From Chlorokybus atmophyticus (taxonomy: Eukaryota > Plantae > Mesostigma and Chlorokybus algae), in NCBI GenBank assembly GCA_009103225.1, contig RHPI01002402.1:1042366-1106365 (forward strand): a DNA stretch of 64,000 nucleotides. The letters are read 5' to 3'. Positions within the stretch are counted from its first letter, which is position 1. Each line of letters opens with the position of its first letter. A model generated the notes under the pieces. It ran no database searches. It was not told the origin of the DNA and worked only from the letters and a program-made list of their open reading frames with translations. Below, piece by piece: positions 41,206-52,599 of this stretch. The position numbers and the translations under genes were made by a program.

Positions 41206-43527
41206 TCAAGGCGCTGTGCTTCTTCTAATGTTGTAACGATGCCTCACCTTTCCTTTTTTGGTCCTGTCAGCATCCTTTGTTCCAACAACCTTCTTCTTTT
41301 TTTTTTGGTCACCCTGCACATCCTGGCAGGCGCTCTCCGTGGCACTGTCACTCAGAGGAGGTAAGGCGTTATCTTCTTGCTCCACAGCCTTGCGCTTGTT
41401 GGTTGCCTCCCGTTCCTCCACGACCTCATGTTGCTTCATGAGGTCGAGCATGAAGCCTTTGTCTTTCAGCGCAGCTTTCAGGACACCTCGATCAATCTCT
41501 TTACCAACAAGACAGGCTGGGATCAATGTGGCAAGCTTAGAGGGAGAGGGCGAGCTACAGTTGCTTCTTAATGGAGATGCCTCCGGATGGTCAGAGTGCG
41601 CTGGCAAGTGAGTCTCCGCGGCAGGAAGGGAGGGTGCGGAATGGGGATTGCGAGCATGTGGCTGTGGTTGAGGGGAGGCAGGATGTGCAGAACACTCGGC
41701 TACTTCTTGCCTAGCACACGAAGGCGAGGCCTGAGGCGTTGGCGCAGCACTCTGGGTCACAGCCGGTGGTAGCGGGGAATTGGCAACGCCATTCCGCCAC
41801 TTTCCGATCAGGTGTGTTACCTCCGGTGGCACTTCATGCATAGGCCACGACCACTGTTCGGTGCTTGCAGGCTTGAGGAGCCAAAGTGTGCTTCTGGCTC
41901 ATCAGGAGCAGTGTTGCCCACCACCAGGACTGAGTTGGGGGCTTCTTTATTTCCAACCTAAACTGCGCTGCCGGGCCGTGGCACTCACTCCCCATGCTCG
42001 CGCTGAACGGTCACGTAGCCAATCAACAAGCCCAGCTTGTTGGCAAACATGGTCATCACACACTGCAGGTGCTCGACGTACACATCTTTTCTCCGCACGA
42101 TCTGTCGCACCTTGGCCATGGCTAGGTCAATGTTGCAGTTGACATCAGCCAACATGGTCGCAGGCAGTTTGTCGTAATACTGCGCCATCTCTCCCGCGGC
42201 ACCAGTGGCTCCGCAGAAGTTTAGGATTCTGCTCGCCACGCCTGCATCGACAGCCTTGGCGGTGATTTTGCGGAGAGTGTGCCCCCTGCCGTCGTCGTCC
42301 ATGGTGTCCAGCATGGCCCAAAATGTGCTCGAGCTGGGGCACTTGTGATCATCCAGGACACTTTGCGCTATGGATGGCCTGGCGCGAAATACATAATGGT
42401 AGAAGCAATTACCATCCGTTGGCGCATTGAAGTGGTCCCATGAGGCGAGCTGGCCACCTAGCATGACTAATGGATGTACGCGGGTTGCGGCCAGCTCCTC
42501 TGATGACTCGCTGGCAGGTGGTGACCCCTGCTGCATGCGCATACAGCACCTACATGGTGTGTCCAACTGTGGACGGCAAGAGTCACAGTGACTGATAAAC
42601 TACCTGAGTTTGGGGCAGACTGCCGGCTTCAACTTGCAGCGGGTGGGGTAAGGTAGGTGCAGAAGCCACATCGGTTGTTGCATTGTGCTGTGGTCTCGCC
42701 GGTGGCGGCAAGAAGGATTGTTGCCCCGCAATCACCGGTGCTGCTCGTGGAGGAGATGGCAGTGCACGAAGGACTGGTGCCGCGGAAGGTGGTTGCGCTC
42801 TGGCTGGGAGGGGAGCAGGAGCTGCAGGTGAGACCACTTGTGCATGCAGCAAGGGGGGCTGTATACAGGACCCAGGATAAGATGGCTCATTATGTTGCAA
42901 AGGACGAATATAAGCTTATGCAGTGCCTGACGCATTGTTACCAAGGCATGAGCATAAAAGACAGCGACTTACCTCAATGGCCCATGGGCTGCATGGAGCA
43001 GGGGAAGCCATGGGGGTTGACAAGGTGGTATTGGCTGCACTCTCCCCGCCACCCTCGATGGCAGACTCGTCACGGAGCTCGTGAGCCATGGGCACATCAT
43101 GCGCCACTGCCCCAATGGACATGTCGGGATTCAACAGGCCAACATGCATGTTAAACTGATGCCGCATTGCCGCCGCGCCCATCAGCAAGTGGGATTGAAG
43201 GACCAGTTGATGGGATTGAATCCAGGCTTGCATAGGAGCTCCAACAGAACCTAGTGCACTGTGGTGCTGTCAACCAATCACATGTGGGTTAGCTGCATGC
43301 TTGCGACACTGCAATTGCAACAGTCAACTGCGTCACACCGTCATCAGTTGGTTGCTTCGAACAGTCACCTGCGGCATTGCTGGTTGATGCACGAATGACT
43401 GCATGGACTGCGTCATTGCTGGTTGATGCACTATTGGTTGAATGCCGGACGAATGGCCACGCGCTCCTGTGCTCAAACCCAACCTACTTCGTTCGGCACG
43501 CGCGCGCGACTTCGCACGCTCACGCAC
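41206..43527 (-). CDS. OTU-like cysteine protease (deubiquitinase-type) domain gene, spliced, possibly broken
   Basis: APTDGNCFYHY (OTU Asp/Cys motif) near 42400, a downstream EAHF His motif near 41890, a Pro-rich N-terminal region and a basic C-terminus (QKKKKK). Confidence 0.55.
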
Positions 43528-43994
43528 ATCCTAGCATGCAAAGGTAGGCATGCATTGGAGCCGACATTGCAATCAACATGCACAGCGAGATTGGCAACAA
43601 CATACCGCCGCCCAGCTCTGTCTATCAGCTCTTGCTTCCGCAATGTCGGCTTGACTGTAGGGTGGGTATGGGTGAATAGTGGAGGCTTGCAGCCACGCTA
43701 CATATATCACATGGACTGCGCTCAGAAACAAATTGCTCTTGCAAGGAAATGCATGTGACTGTTGAGCGTACCTCTGCATTCCTTTGTACTTGTTCCCACA
43801 TTGTCAGGAGAGAGGGTGTGCCCCTCCTCCCTTTAATCCCCTACCCCAACACCACCACCAGCCTCGCCGCCGCCGCCGCCACTGCCGGGGCAGTTGCCAG
43901 AGCAAAAGATGCTCTGGCTATGGCGGCCGCTGCGTTAGCAGCGCCGCCATGCAGCTGATATCCACATGAGACTCATGTCTCATGTCGATATCAG

Positions 43995-46900
43995 TGTTAT
44001 AGTTAAGTAACACTACATTAGGGCCTTAACACTAGGTTAACGGCCCTAATAAGGCTTAATAGGCTGTATAATCCCGTTGGGACCCTTATTTAATCCTAAA
44101 TAAGGGCGGGGAACCTCTATGGAGGTAGCACACCGTTACATTCCCCCCCACTTAGGTTTCAATGTCCTCATTGAAGGGTTAGCAAAGCCCCATCACGAGT
44201 CACAAAACGAAAGCAGTGAGAGAACCAGGGCCGAAGCGGTAAAGATGTCTGCCAGCACCCTTTTACCGTTCGCGTGTGGACACAGTACTCCAGTACCCCC
44301 GAAGAACCTCTTGGCAGTTGGTAAGATTCCTTTCGGGCTCCCATGTATTGTGTTCAACACCATACCCTTTCCATTTCACCAAGTAGGACGGCGCGCGTCC
44401 GCGTCGAGGCTTACGGTGACTTAGGATTGCTTCCACCTCATACTCAAATGTATTGTCACCATCCACTGCGACTGGGGGTGGAGGAGGTTGAACCCGACCG
44501 TCTGATCGGTACGGTTTCAGTACACTCACATGAAACACATTGTGAATTCGTATCGACATTGGTAAATCCAAACGATACGCGTGAGTGCCGACCCGATCAA
44601 TCACTTTGAAAGGGCCTATCCAGCGAGGGAAAAACTTGCGGGTACCCACTCCCTTGATGGATACGTTTTTGGTACTTAAAAGCACCGAACAGCCCACATC
44701 GTAGGTGGCCTCTCTACGATGCGCATCAGCTTGGGCTTTTTGTCTGTCTTGCGCTGCGCGCAGACAGTCTTTTGCCAACGCTAACCTATCCTGCATGGCC
44801 GAAGCCATCTCGCGCGCTGCAGGTACGCGAGTCACGTCAGTAGCGGGCAACTTAATGTTCGCAGGACTTAGTGGATGCACTCCGTAATTCAAGAAGAACG
44901 GAGTCTCCTGCACACTCTCTTGCCATGCATTATTGATCGCAAATTCAGCCATTGGGAGATAAATATCCCAATCACTCTGATTCGGGCTCACATAATGCCG
45001 GATGGTTTCCTCAATCACTTGATTGGCGCGTTCTGTTTGACCATCCGTCTGTGGATGGTAAGCAGTGCTCATGTTCTGCTGAATGTGTAAGAAGCTGCAT
45101 AGCGACTTCCAAAACTGAGCCACAAATCGCGGATCGCGATCTGACACGAAGTTGCGGGGCAAGCCATGCAACTTGAACACAGACGCGACAAAAACCATCG
45201 CCAACTCACGGGAGCCTATCTCCGTGCGACAAGGGACAATGTGGACCATTTTTGTTAAACGATCCACGAAAACTGCAACCGCAGTGTGACCTAATGCTGT
45301 CTCTGGGAGCTCGGTTATTAAGTCCATACTCACACTTTCCCATTTGCCATCAGGAACAGGCAAAGGTCGCAGCAACCCAGCGGGTTTCTGACGTAACGGC
45401 TTGTCACGCTGACATTTGTCACAGGTGTCAACATAACGCTTTACGTCAACAGGCAACGATGGCCACCAGTACAGCTGTTACGCTGCCCTGGTAGTCTTGC
45501 GATTTCCAAAGTGCCCAGCGTACGGTGGGTCGTGTACATCAGCTATGCATTGCATGCGTAGCCCAGCATGGTCAGGTATCACCAAGCTAGCACCCATATA
45601 ATACAAGTTGTCTCGTGCTTCAAGCTGTTGTATATTCTCTTGCCGTGAGAACCATGGGTCTAAGGAATACCCATGCAAAACAGATTGCACAAATGCATCA
45701 TTAGCGGGCAATGTAACTTGCGTCGCAAGCAATTGCGCACGCATAACTGCCAATAATGACGGACAGCGACTTAAAGGATCTGCCACATTAGTTCTGCCAG
45801 GCCGATATACCCATTCAAAAGTAAATCGCGACAGAAACTCATTCCAGCGAGCTTGCCTACGTGACAAGGTCAGCTGCGTTGAGAAGTATACTAATGGGTT
45901 GTGATCAGTCACCACTGTGAACTGAACTCCCTCTAAGTAACATCGCCAAGTTTCGAGAGCATGTACGACACCAAGCAACTCTTGCTCAGTAGTAGTGTAG
46001 TTTACCTCCGCTGGGATAAACTTCCTACTTTCATAAGCACATGGTCTGCCGTCTTGCAGTAGTACTGCACCACACCCAAGGGTGGAAGCATCACTGACCA
46101 CAGTGAAATGTTTATCCCAATTTGGCAATGCCAATACTGGAGCTGAAGTTAATGCTAACTTCACTTGTTGCATAGCAGCTTCTTGGTCTGACGTCCAAGA
46201 AAATGGCGCGTCCTTTCGCAACAATTTAGTCAAGGGCATTACAACTGTAGAATAACCCATCATAAATTTGCGAAAATAATTTGCCAATCCCAAAAATGAT
46301 CTCAGTTGATGAATATTTTTGGGTTGAGGCCAATTCTTGACAACTTGCACCTTGCGAGGGTCAGGCTTTACACCCGCACCACTCACAACATGTCCCAAGA
46401 ATGGTAACTCCGATTTGCAAAAGTCACATTTTGCAAGGCTGGCAAATAAATGATGCTTCCGCAACAAAGTAAACACCGCTTCTAAGTGTTGCTTATGTTC
46501 CTCTTTGGTTTTACTAAAGACAATAATGTCATCCAAGTAAACCATAACATACTTGCCAAGTATATTACCGAAAATTTTATTCATTTCCTTCTGAAACACA
46601 GCAGGCGCATTCGTCAATCCAAAGGGTAGCACTTTGTATTGATAATGGCCCGAAGGTGTTCTGAAAGCTGTCTTATAGACATCAGCGGAATGAATTCGGA
46701 TCTGATGATATCCACTTGTCAGGTCTAATGTACTGAAGTATGCATTACCTGATAGTTTATCAAACACGTCATCAATCCGTGGCAACGGGTATCGATTTTT
46801 CACCGTGATTTTGTTTAAAGCACGATAGTCCACACACATGCGCAATTTTCCATTCTTTTTCATCACAAATAGGATGGGTGCGCCAAAGGGTGAAGAACTT

Positions 46901-48330
46901 GGTTCAATCAATCCTTTTTCCAATAACTCCTTGATTTGTGTTTCCATTTCCCCCCTTTCTCTAGGGCTTAGCCTATATATTGGCCGAAAAGGAGGATCAC
47001 TATCAGGAATTAATGGTATAGTGTGTCCGACACCTCGGTCAGGAGGCAAGCCCGGCAACTCATCTGAGAACACATCTTGATATTCCTCAATGAGGTCTGC
47101 CACACCTTCAGTACTACCCGGCGCAATGTCATCTGATGAAGACAAATGTACCAGAAAAGCCGGTGTGTTTTTGCGCAACGCACGTTTCACCTGTAGTGCC
47201 GTGAGTAACGCAGGGTCGGGTTGCTTGAATTCCAAGCTATGCGACCCTTTCACAGACAATGTAATCCGCTTACCGCCTTTCTTTACTGTGCACAAGCGTG
47301 CACCCGTATCCAATGTCATTGTGACATTATTTTGCCATTCTTGGCCTAGTACCACATCAACACCAGATATGTTGATTGCTACTACTATAAAGGCAAGATT
47401 GGCATAATAATTACCAATTTTAACCTTCAATTTTACTTCTCCCGTCACTGGCAATGTACCCCCAGCACCGGCAGCCGAAAATGCTGAGGGTTTGCGCATG
47501 ATTTTATTGCGCGCAACCCATTGCTCGTCCACGAAGTTGTGTGTCGCACCAGTGTCAATCAAAAACGAGCTATTCACACCTTGCATTGTGCCACTGAATG
47601 TCCACAACAAAGGTACCACTCGTCCTTGAAAGGTAGCCAAGAATCCGTGGCTAATGCGGGGGTTGATTAATATTGCTGATAATCGAATTGTCCCAGTCTC
47701 GCGCTTGGTGAATTGTTTTAAAACAGTACCCCCTCGAGTATACTTCAACCATGGGCCATGATATTTTGGCACCATTGCTACCACACTCAGGGATCTGTGT
47801 TTACATTGCAATTCACTCAATGTGTGCAACACGTCGGTAAGCATGTTAAATTTCACATGTACCAGTACACAAGTATTTACTTCCACTGTTGCAACATCAA
47901 ACAGTGGTAACTTGTGATGTGTTTGCCATGCATGCGTCATTACATGCATTTGAGACAGATTATCAAACCAGTTAACTGCTTGTATCTCAAGCAACTGACT
48001 ATCAACCTTTGCTACATCAGCCACAGCGTAATCCTATTCAACCTGCGATATACACACTTACATTGCTAAGCCATGTACGTGTGTATATTTTAATAATATT
48101 GTAGTTATACAATCCTACTCGAACTATGCATATTGTGTATACCGCTATAGTTACATGTGAAGTACACTTTTACACTGATATACACTGTTGTAATTCCTCT
48201 CCTACACTACATGTGTAGTAGTGTGTATACTATACATGTATGCACATAGTTTGTGTATATACGAATGAGTCTGCTTCAACAGCACACTACTCCACTTCTA
48301 TTCCCTACTCGAGTACACTGTTCAACCATC
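43995..48330 (-). mobile_element. Ty3/gypsy chromovirus LTR retrotransposon; 3' LTR present, 5' LTR and gag missing or decayed
   Basis: The pol gene lies upstream of a PPT (GGGGGGGAA) and an LTR beginning TGTAAC at 44140, with a probable end ...TAACA at 43995. No second copy of this LTR occurs in the window. Confidence 0.92.
44263..48024 (-). pseudogene. pol: Chromovirus pol: protease-RT-RNaseH-integrase-chromodomain, broken by one in-frame stop
   Basis: LIDTGATHNF, RMCVDYRALN, VYLDDIIVFS, VSDAS, DHNPL, HxxxxxxH...CDKCQ, RWIGPFKV and the chromodomain EYEVEAIL...YLVKWKGY...NTWEPERNL. The two ORFs are in the same frame, separated only by TAA at 45478-45480. Confidence 0.96.
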
Positions 48331-48555
48331 CTGAAAGGATAAATTAATATATGTTCCGCGTGTTGTGCAAGGAGTTTAAATTGGCTTTTTCTTTCCTTTG
48401 CAAAGTGACAATCTATTTCATTTGCACAGGGCACTCATTTGCATGGGTCACTGTATTCATATGTACACTTAATGGTTATCATGTGTGCGGGTTTTGTGAA
48501 AGGTTTGGCGGTGTGGTTTAGGGGAAGGGTTAAGGCTGGAGCTAGGGGCAGGCAA

Positions 48556-48590
48556 TTAGGGTTAGGGTTAGGGTTAGGGTTAGCGTAGGG
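48556..48590 (+). repeat. Interstitial telomere-like (TTAGGG)n tract
   Basis: Four perfect TTAGGG copies at 48556-48579 with degenerate G-rich flanks. Confidence 0.8.
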
Positions 48591-48751
48591 GCTGGCACAA
48601 TTGTTTGCACGGGTATTATTTGCATGCAAATGCGTACACGAAAGACAACATGACGAGGTTGCAATTGGAGTAGCTGGGTTGCATTGAGATGCTCGCATGT
48701 AAACTAACATTAAGTGATGCTAAGGGTTAGTCCGTGCTATGTAAAACCTCT

Positions 48752-49382
48752 CTACAAGTACATTTGGTGTCTTCGCCAGTCAAGCGGAGGCTGCAAACCA
48801 GCTGGGCGTCGTACGTAGCGCTTCACGCCCCTACGGATCACCTCCGAGCAACGAGTGACGCGCCGCATCACCGCATACTCGACCTGGCTCCGCACCACGG
48901 TGGAGTTCTTTAAACTGTGTGCGAACTCCGGCGCACTCTCCAGCACTTCAACCAAGGCCTCCTTCAGCACATCGTGTTCAAGACACGCGCATACACAGCG
49001 TCGTTCATCGTTTCGTCCCACATGGTGTTGTCCCCGTCTCGCAGCTCAACTACATCACCACTGACCGGATGCACCGGGCCATTCACACCTGCAAATGGCA
49101 ACCTCACCGCCGTGCGATGCACGTCGTATGCGAGGCGCACAGTATCCGGCGCACTCCCAAAAGGGCACCGGTAACAGCATTGCCTTGCGTAGCACATCTC
49201 GGGCAAAAATACAACGTAGTGTTGTGGTCCTTGTCGACAGGGGTCGCCGCCATGTCACCGACAACGATACTAGGCAAGTCACCATGGAGTATGGAGTACA
49301 CCCTCAGGCGCAAAATGCATCTACAGTACACATGCTCGTGCACCAGGATGCCAGACAATTGCGATGGCCACCTCACGTTCAC
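48752..49382 (-). pseudogene. Frameshifted, apparently intronless hypothetical ORF
   Basis: Three overlapping minus ORFs in different frames read as one protein-like text (HEHVYCRCIL...YFCPRC; VRLPFAGVNG...; HDVLKEALVEVLES...). Confidence 0.35.
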
Positions 49383-49665
49383 TGACGCGATACACCACGT
49401 CCTTTTGCTTCCTGCAAACGCACAATGTCAGTTGGACTAATGCAATATACCATTATAATCACAAACCGTCCGCACCTTACTGTTACTGGGCAAAATGCAC
49501 GCATACCATTGCTTAAACTGCAAATTGCCACCCGTTGCAATATGTTTTCCCTGCCGGCCGACTAAATATTGGCAACGGCCGTGCACCTGAAGACACTGAT
49601 TTAGACTGTCGTGGCTCAGGCCACCTGTAATCTTGATACAGGGACCTAATTATAACTTCCGTTAC

Positions 49666-50030
49666 TATCAGGCCCTTTTTGTTACAATTTAGTCTTTAAC
49701 AGTTGACTATGCCTAACTAACAGGCGCCTGTTAGTTACCTGTCAGGCCTTAACAGGTGACTTTATTTAATTAACAGGCACCTGTTAGTCACACACCAGGC
49801 CTCAACAAATGACTTTGTGTAATTTACAGGCAACTGTTAGTTACACATCAGGCCTTCTTAGGTGACTACGACTAATCAACGGGCACCTGTAAGTTACACA
49901 TCAGTCTTACTTAAGTGACTCAGCCTATGTGACAGGCACCTGCAGGTTACACACCAGTCCAGCGCAGGCGACTAAGCCTAATTCACAAGCACCAACTAGG
50001 TAATTATCGACAAAATAAGGCATTCTTTAA
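49666..50030 (+). repeat. Degenerate 53-bp tandem array (about 7 units), repeated at ~60670-61035
   Basis: Core ACAGGCACCTGTTAGTTACAC. Unit starts at 49719, 49772, 49825, 49878, 49931 and 49984 give an exact 53-bp period. Confidence 0.92.
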
Positions 50031-50353
50031 CAACTAAAGGTGACTAATGCCTAACTGTCGTCATATGTAATTGCATAGCTTGACTACACGCGATTGTCAC
50101 TGACTTCCAGCATTGTTATGTGCCTGTGCTGTGTACATGTACCTGAAATGTGTACAGTGTCTCTCAGTCACTTGCCAAGGCTTGTAGTTCGATTATGTGA
50201 CTCGAATGCAGTTCTGTTATATATCATAGGGATGCAAGTATTGATGTGCACGAGCATAATGACGATTGACTGAGCTGGTTTAAGATGCACAACACTCAGT
50301 CACAAGAGCCTTGTAGCTATGTACACTACCAGCTAAACGGACTACCAACTGCG

Positions 50354-52181
50354 CTACAGCTCCTCTCCATCATCGCTTTGCTCGTCATTACGGAACACAG
50401 CACCACGCGCTGGGGCCTGTGGAGGAGACGCCGGAGCTTGCTCTTCCTCCTCAAACGGTTGTGCCAGCCAATCAAATGCCACTTCTGCCTCAGCGAGCGG
50501 GTCACGAGCTGCTGTCTCTTGCGGCCGGCGCCGATTGGGATCTTTCAGGTATTCGACACAAGATGCAGTGCGGCGTTTCACAAGGGTGAATGGCTGGAGG
50601 GCTGCGTACCGTTGCCTCATCTCCCGCTTCATTGACATGATCATGGTGTTGATTTCGCTGAGGTACTCTTCATGTGTGTCTATGCTGGCAGCTAGGAGAG
50701 GGTCTCCATCCTTGCCCTTTAGGATGCGCTCCACCTGCGTAGTTTACAGGCATGTCTTAGTGGCATCGAAAGCCACTATTCACTGCAACGCGTCTGCAAG
50801 CCTGTAGTTTGGGGCTACAGCGTTCCTGAATTGCTAATGCTGGAGTTAAGAGTGCTCACCGTAAGCAATAGGTATGCGAGGTGGTTGACTGTCAGCTGCC
50901 GGCGACCAGGTGTAGTGACGGCGTAAGACCAGCATTGCACGATCATTTGCCAGATTATGGGATTGCCCCATTCATGGATGTATCTCCTCCGCTCCGGGTC
51001 TGCAGTGTCGGTCACCTCAAATCTCCGCCATGACTTGTCTGCGACAGTCATACCGACAAGGCATTGGTCAAAAAATAGATAGTTCAAGTTGAGCCTGCAC
51101 AAGGCTAGAATAGTGCCTGTGACTTACTTTGGAGCGCGTTGCGCATCTGGGCTTTTTGGGTCTCGGGGTCCATTAGGGCGTCGATGTGCCTGATTGAATC
51201 GGTTACAATAGGCGAGATGAGTACGTGTGTATGGAGGCTGAGTAAGAAGGCAGTGTTGCATAGCAGACATGGTGGTGAGGGACCCAACTCACTTGCGCTT
51301 GTTGCTGTTAAACAGTGTCCACTTGTACTCCTTCTCAAGGACATGCTTGATCTTGGTGACGTTCTCAGACCGGACCTGCGTAGCTTTCTTCAGGGCGACA
51401 CTCCAGTGGAAGGGGCACTCCTTGGGAGTCCAGTACACCTCATAGAACTTGGCCGCATCGGCCTCGTCGTCATGGTCGAAGCCAACTACCTGTCACGGGC
51501 AGGTTGGTCAGTGTCACGGTGCAGTGCGGTCATGAAGCATTCACAGCACCTGACACATGACGTTACGAATAGTGTCCTCCTTGGGATAAACGTGGCTCTC
51601 TACCCAGTGGCCGTTTATGATTTCAACGACGGCATCTCGCAAATGCTGTCCACAGAAGAACAATCCGTTACACACATACACACAGTGTCACAGTGTCACA
51701 CAGTGCTTACCTCGTTGCCAATCTTCCACTTGCTTGGGGAAGGGTTGCTGACGGCCGAGGTTGCCACGTCACGGCCAAATGCGTTTGGGTTGGGGGTTCC
51801 AATCGACCCTCTGCAAGCACAACCACATGAGTCATGCTGCCAGCCATGAAAGATGCAACCCTCACAGTTGCAAAAGAAGAACAACGTGCACAGTGTATCC
51901 AGAACGCATGCAGTGAGTCACTGTGCTAGTCATGATAGAAGCAAGCATCCAAGTTAGAAGTTGAGCAAGAAGCAACGTGCACAGTGCATCAAGAACGCAT
52001 GCAGTCTAGCTTGCCCTTGCGACTGCGGTGTCAGGTGGAGTTGTTGTGATGTGCTGGGCGTTAGCGCGGGGTCTTGCTGCGATTGGTTGGCGACGGTTGC
52101 CTGGTTGAACACTGGGGGCAATGTGGACAACTGGCGCCGACCTCCACGACGAGGTGCACTTACGGATGGACCACGAGGCAT
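50354..52181 (-). CDS. Gene X copy 1: 7-exon hypothetical protein
   Basis: Phase-consistent exons from MPRGPSVS... through GSIGTPNP..., HLRDAVVEIING..., VVGFDHDD...NSNKR, HIDALMDP..., KSWRRFEV...HLAYLLLT and VERILKGK...DDGEEL*. The first intron needs a GC donor. Confidence 0.75.
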
Positions 52182-52359
52182 CTCTCCAACTGATAGTCGG
52201 GTGCCGCCTGTTTAGCTGTTAGTGGCGCTGCCGCCTCCAACGCTGCCGCCGCCGGTTGGCCCGCCCGAATGTACGAGGCGCGAAAACGAAAATGAGGCGG
52301 TTTTGAACGTCTAGAGTCCCGCATTAGAGTCGCACTTGTAGTGCGTCCTTTCTCCTATG

Positions 52360-52525
52360 GTTGATGGTACGACTTATGCGTTCGTGCCATCCATGCTTCG
52401 TACAACCATTGGTAACAATGGTTGTGTCGTAACATATATGATACGACAGAGGCATCTCTCGTCCAACCCCAGCGATTGCCGTACAATGGCTCTGTCGTAC
52501 CATCCATGGTACGACAGAGGCATTG
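52360..52525. promoter_or_regulatory. Palindromic TCGTACCAT motif cluster upstream of gene X (also at ~63365-63530)
   Basis: 14-bp inverted repeat CTCTGTCGTACCAT-cc-ATGGTACGACAGAG at 52490-52519, a 10-bp inverted repeat at 52402-52425 and ATGGTACGA at 52364. Confidence 0.6.
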
Positions 52526-52599
52526 CTCGATCAGTCCAAATGGGAGTTAGCGTGCACTCACCCAAACACGCTTCATTGATGGCCGGATGATGGCACGCG

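Larger units (their letters stand above)
49533..52598 (+). repeat. ~3.07 kb direct repeat, copy 1
   Basis: Near-identical to 60539-63602, with an offset of 11005 bp from matching ORF coordinates. Confidence 0.98.

Noticed and set aside
49666-50030. CRISPR-like array
   Set aside because: The whole 53-bp unit is degenerately repeated, with no unique spacers. There are no cas genes and the context is eukaryotic.
51139-51849. 236-aa plus-strand ORF (and its copy at 62144-62854)
   Set aside because: Antisense to the phase-consistent exons of gene X and runs through its introns.
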